From Candidatus Magasanikiibacteriota bacterium (GTDB lineage: Bacteria; Patescibacteriota; Patescibacteriia; Magasanikbacterales; UBA922): a stretch of DNA of 64,000 nucleotides. Location of the stretch: assembly GCA_052034405.1 (NCBI GenBank), contig JBPOIO010000001.1, positions 67 to 64,066 of the forward strand, written 5' to 3'. Below, piece by piece: positions 60,119 to 64,000 of this stretch (positions are counted from its first letter, which is position 1; every line of letters starts with the position of its first letter). The notes beneath the pieces are model-generated. The model was not told where the DNA came from. It ran no database searches and was given only the letters and a program-made list of their open reading frames with translations. A program made the position numbers and the translations under genes.

Positions 60119-61270
60119 TTACCCCAAATAGTGATTTATTTCCAGAATGGCGTTGAGCTCGGGATCAGTAAGACCGTCACTTTTTTGTGCAAGACCATCA
60201 GCAAGGGTATTTTTATTCTCCAAAATAGTCAAAACAGTTTCTTGGTAGAGATGAAATAAGGGACTCTCGTGCCAAGCATCACGCGCATCAAGAAACAAGA
60301 CATAGGATTCTTCTTGGAGTGATTGAAATTTTCCTTTGAGAATTTCTTTCGCATTTTCTGTTTTTGGAGAAAGACGACGAAAATCTGTGAGCGAAAAATA
60401 TTGAATTTCATCCACTGGCCCCATAGTCTGTTTGCGTAGAGCAGGAGTGACATCTTGCATTGCAACTTTGTTGTTTTGTACCTTTGGTGGAGGTGAAAAA
60501 GAATATTCTTCTTTTGGAAGTGGAAATGGACTCCTAGGTTTAGCAGCATGAGGCGACATGACTGGGGTGATGCGAATACCTTCGTTGACAGGCGCAACTG
60601 ACGAAGAAACAGGAATCACTTCTGGTTTTTTGGGTGTAATAACAGTTGCAGGAGCAGCGATTTTTTGTGCAGCAGCAATAATTGCAAGCAGTAAACTCAC
60701 TTGGTCTTCTTCTAAAGCGAGTCCACCTTCTGCTACTGATTTTTTGGCATATTGTTCAAAATCTATCACCGAACGGACATCACGAATGCGTGAAAGTACC
60801 AAAGAATCAAAACGACCTTCCAAATCTTTTGCAATAGGTGGAGAAAATTGTTCTTTTACTTTTGCCAAAATTGCACCTGCATTGTCTGTTGCAGGGCTTG
60901 CTGCTGGAGCAGGAAGAGATTTTGTTTCTTCTGCGACATCTGATTCCAAAAGTGATGCATGGTCAGTAGATTTCCACTCTGGTTGTGCTTGTGGAGCTGG
61001 AATATTTGGCGCCGCAGCTGCCGCTTCGTCTACAAAAATATTTGTCACCGGAGTTGTCGTTGCAAGTTCTGTTTCTGTACTTGCAAGCATAGGAAGAATC
61101 GGTTCTGGAGTAGGAGCTGGAACAGAAATTGTTTCTACTTTTCCTGCTTCTAATTTTTTTGGACTCGCATTATTTTTTTTGTATTCTTTGAATTCATCCA
61201 TGGTCAAAAAAACGGTTGTACCGTCGGATTTTTTTACTGGAATTTTCATTTGTGTTTTTTTATCCTCCAT
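60119..61270 (-). CDS. conserved hypothetical protein in T4SS-like cluster
   Basis: Long ORF; TATG start MEDKK at 61270; MGPVDEI...DFRRLS, AWHESPL..LY. Confidence 0.75.
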   Translation of the reverse strand: MEDKKTQMKIPVKKSDGTTVFLTMDEFKEYKKNNASPKKLEAGKVETISVPAPTPEPILPMLASTETELATTTPVTNIFVDEAAAAAPNIPAPQAQPEWKSTDHASLLESDVAEETKSLPAPAASPATDNAGAILAKVKEQFSPPIAKDLEGRFDSLVLSRIRDVRSVIDFEQYAKKSVAEGGLALEEDQVSLLLAIIAAAQKIAAPATVITPKKPEVIPVSSSVAPVNEGIRITPVMSPHAAKPRSPFPLPKEEYSFSPPPKVQNNKVAMQDVTPALRKQTMGPVDEIQYFSLTDFRRLSPKTENAKEILKGKFQSLQEESYVLFLDARDAWHESPLFHLYQETVLTILENKNTLADGLAQKSDGLTDPELNAILEINHYLG

Positions 61271-61281
61271 AGAAGTAATGT

Positions 61282-62298
61282 TTAAACTTCCCGCCACTTG
61301 AATCCCCCACTTTGTTCGTCAAAGTAAAAAAGTTCTCGAATAGATTCGTCATTGTAAGTACTTGCGATTTCGTCGAGTGCTGCAAAAACTCCTTCGAGAT
61401 CTTTGTACTGTCCGTTTTCATCTTTTTCAAATTGGGCATCCACACGAGATTTGATTTCGGATTGGCTCATTGGAGTTGGGGTTTCTACTGTGACGGGAGA
61501 TACAGGAGTAGATATTTCTGAACTTGAAGTTAATAATTCGGATGGAGCTACATCTAATGTACCAGATTTTTCTTCTTTTTCTACAGGAATAATTGTATCA
61601 ATATAATTATTCACAATAGGGATAATATCTTTTTCTTGAGCAAAAAAATATGTAAGTTCAAGAAAAGATTTTGTAATTTCAGTTTTTTTAGATTCTTCAA
61701 AATTTTCGTATGATTGTCCTGTAGGAAAAAGTATGCGTTGTATAGAAGCAGAATAATCCGCCATTACAAGACTATCTGCATTCGTATTTTTTAATTTTGC
61801 ATATTGAGCCAATACGTCTGAAAGCATTGGTGATTTTTCTACATAAGGATGAACTAATATTCGAGACTGGGTAACACTCGTTTTAAGTTTTTGATAAAAT
61901 TCTCGAAGTTTATCTTCATCACTAAATTTTCGAAAAAAGTAATAAAATAAAGATTCTTCTACTTTTAAGTTCAACTGAAAAGCAGCACAAAATTGACGAG
62001 AAAATATTATAATACAATCATCAAAAGAAAGAGTTGAAAAACGCAGAAAACTTGCTTCAACATACCATCTCCAAAAGGTAAAATAATATTCTTTTATCAA
62101 TTTATTATCAAAATTATTCCCTGAAAAATACGCATGAAGTGCAGTGTGAACAGGTTCTAAAGCTTCTGGAGTTGTCAGTACATCACCAAAATATCCAATA
62201 AGCTCATCTCTTTTTTCTAAAGGGATAGAACTTGGTACAGAAAAAAATTTGATTTTGCCTTCAAGAGAATTCAATAGATTGTTTAGGTTCAAATCCAT
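61282..62298 (-). CDS. hypothetical protein
   Basis: 338-aa ORF in operon, C-terminal ELFYFDE..GGFKW. Confidence 0.75.
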   Translation of the reverse strand: MDLNLNNLLNSLEGKIKFFSVPSSIPLEKRDELIGYFGDVLTTPEALEPVHTALHAYFSGNNFDNKLIKEYYFTFWRWYVEASFLRFSTLSFDDCIIIFSRQFCAAFQLNLKVEESLFYYFFRKFSDEDKLREFYQKLKTSVTQSRILVHPYVEKSPMLSDVLAQYAKLKNTNADSLVMADYSASIQRILFPTGQSYENFEESKKTEITKSFLELTYFFAQEKDIIPIVNNYIDTIIPVEKEEKSGTLDVAPSELLTSSSEISTPVSPVTVETPTPMSQSEIKSRVDAQFEKDENGQYKDLEGVFAALDEIASTYNDESIRELFYFDEQSGGFKWREV

Positions 62299-62325
62299 AG
62301 AGAAAAATCAAAAGACAAAATTTTA

Positions 62326-64000
62326 CTAAAGTGAATCAATCTTTGTATGTCCAGAAGAGTCACCGACTTCAACTGCGGTTGCATCAGTATAACTCATTGT
62401 TTTACCTGTAATTTTCTGCATAAGAGCAACCATAGCTTCTTCACGACGAGATCTTTCAGTATCAGGAATACCTCCTTCATTGACACGATTTTTCATTTCC
62501 TTCAAAATATTTTTCAAAGTACCTAACATTTTTTCTGATCCAGCTTGTGCTGTTATTCTATTGCTTACAGAGTCAAAACCAGATTGTGAATACTTACCAG
62601 TAGAAAGAAGATTCGTAAGATTTTGAGGAAGACGTGAAATATCCGCAGCTGATTTGGTACTAATACTCATTAATAATCTTTCAGCTTCTGGACTCAATGC
62701 AGCAACCGCTCTTCCATCAGTATTAATACCAATTTGAGAACGACCATCTTTTACTTCGGCAATACTGGAAATACTATTACGTAAAAAGTTTTCAATTCCT
62801 CGTTGATAATCTTCACCGCTATCTCCCATACCACTTGCAAAGTTAGAAGTAGTTGGACTATTACCTGCTTGTGCAGTTGCTGCATATACACCACGAACCA
62901 TACGACCTTCATCATTATATCCTTCAATCAACTGATTATAATATTGGTATTCACCTTTTTTCATCGCACCGTTATTCAGGGCAACACCCAAAATACCTTG
63001 TTTTGTATCAGCTTTTGTTCCCTGAATATCACGTAATCTCTTTTGTTCTGCGTCAATAGCTGTTTTATTTGATTCTGATTTTCCTGTAGCCGCATCATAT
63101 CGCAAAAGACCATTAATATCACGACCTGTTTGCATAGCAAGTAATGCCGCTGGTATAGCCTCGGAAGAAGTCAAACTGACTCGTGCGTCAGTATGCTTCA
63201 AAACTTCATTCATCATACCTGAGAGTTCTCCATTTTCTGCAGAAATTGTCAATAATGTTTGAGCTTTTCTTTGCGCAGCTTCATATTCTTTTTCTTTACC
63301 TGCTACACCGCGAGTAGCTGCCATTTTGGCAAATTCTTCTTTATATAATTTAGTTCTTCTTTCATATGACTCTCCTCCAAAATCTTCCATATCTTCCTTG
63401 GCATCCACCATTGCTGCCAAACGTTTTGCTTTTTGAATTTTATCAGCAAGAGATCTTTGAATATCATCAAATTCGGCAAAAGCATTACGATCAATGTCTT
63501 TTGCAGCTTTACCACCCAAAGCTTTTGACTGAGCTTCGGCATTGAGCGCTTGTAAGGTCGCAGCTTTATCTCCCAAATTAGCAAGAGCCTGTTTTTGAAG
63601 TTCTGCCTCTGTCTTTTCATCCAAATTTTTTCCAGCATTTGCTGGGTCGGCCTTCCAGGCAGCTTTGAGATTATTCGTTTCAGCCTTAAACGCAGCATTT
63701 TCTTCTTCAAATACATGCAAACGAACTTCTGCCTCTGCATGCCCAGAATCACCTTGAAGTCGACGTTTCTCATTTGCCAATAATACGTTTTGTCTTGCTG
63801 CTTCATGATGCGCACTTGACTTTCTATGACCTTCAGACTCCATGCGTTCTTTCAAAGCATGAGTAGCATGTTGACTGGCAGCAAGAGAACCTTCTCGACG
63901 TAAACCAATAGAACCAAGACGAGTTCCATACCACCCACGTTTCACTTTTTCAGCACCCATTTTTGCACCATGCTTTAAACCTGTAACAGAAGCAAGCGCA
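62326..64000 (-). CDS. C-terminal part of a large helical protein, 5' end off window (possibly the tail of a VirB6-like protein)
   Basis: Frame stays open to the window edge; Ala/Lys/Glu-rich coiled coils; VirB6 link is positional inference only. Confidence 0.7.
   Translation of the reverse strand, partial: ALASVTGLKHGAKMGAEKVKRGWYGTRLGSIGLRREGSLAASQHATHALKERMESEGHRKSSAHHEAARQNVLLANEKRRLQGDSGHAEAEVRLHVFEEENAAFKAETNNLKAAWKADPANAGKNLDEKTEAELQKQALANLGDKAATLQALNAEAQSKALGGKAAKDIDRNAFAEFDDIQRSLADKIQKAKRLAAMVDAKEDMEDFGGESYERRTKLYKEEFAKMAATRGVAGKEKEYEAAQRKAQTLLTISAENGELSGMMNEVLKHTDARVSLTSSEAIPAALLAMQTGRDINGLLRYDAATGKSESNKTAIDAEQKRLRDIQGTKADTKQGILGVALNNGAMKKGEYQYYNQLIEGYNDEGRMVRGVYAATAQAGNSPTTSNFASGMGDSGEDYQRGIENFLRNSISSIAEVKDGRSQIGINTDGRAVAALSPEAERLLMSISTKSAADISRLPQNLTNLLSTGKYSQSGFDSVSNRITAQAGSEKMLGTLKNILKEMKNRVNEGGIPDTERSRREEAMVALMQKITGKTMSYTDATAVEVGDSSGHTKIDSL

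Noticed and set aside
55514-64000. ICE integrated at the tRNA-Ser cluster
   Set aside because: No integrase, no duplicated tRNA 3' end, no compositional shift; comF directly flanks the tRNAs
1-64000. CRISPR array, prophage, IS transposase, rRNA
   Set aside because: No repeat-spacer periodicity or recognisable genes of these types seen

Overview
A ~37% GC chromosomal segment that looks like a Patescibacteria (CPR) genome, probably Parcubacteria/ABY1-like. This is inferred from CPR-typical protein families, SD-less gene starts and T4SS-pilin fusion proteins; TGA is used as a stop (code 11). It holds housekeeping genes (smpB-ssrA-infC-rpmI-rplT, ABC-F, rel, parAB, scpAB, smc, pyk, nrdR, ftsAZ, ybeY, rpsU, hisS, lepB, rpsP, nrnA, clpP, comF) and 7 tRNAs. 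It also holds an operon with 703-aa and 3643-aa VirB2-pilin-fused surface proteins plus three Ca-binding-repeat membrane proteins, and a relaxase-free PrgI/VirB4 T4SS-like cluster. Most notable observations: (1) a well-formed tRNA-Ser with an ACT anticodon beside the normal GCT and TGA isoacceptors; (2) near-universal SD-less U-AUG starts, with one extended SD on rpsU suggesting bS21 autoregulation; (3) two unannotated promoter-and-terminator-bounded structured RNAs, one displaying an anti-SD loop; (4) a 39-aa very basic protein; (5) an ~80% GC gene behind a boxA-like structured leader; (6) a dispersed palindromic repeat. All family assignments come from motifs recognised by eye, not database searches.
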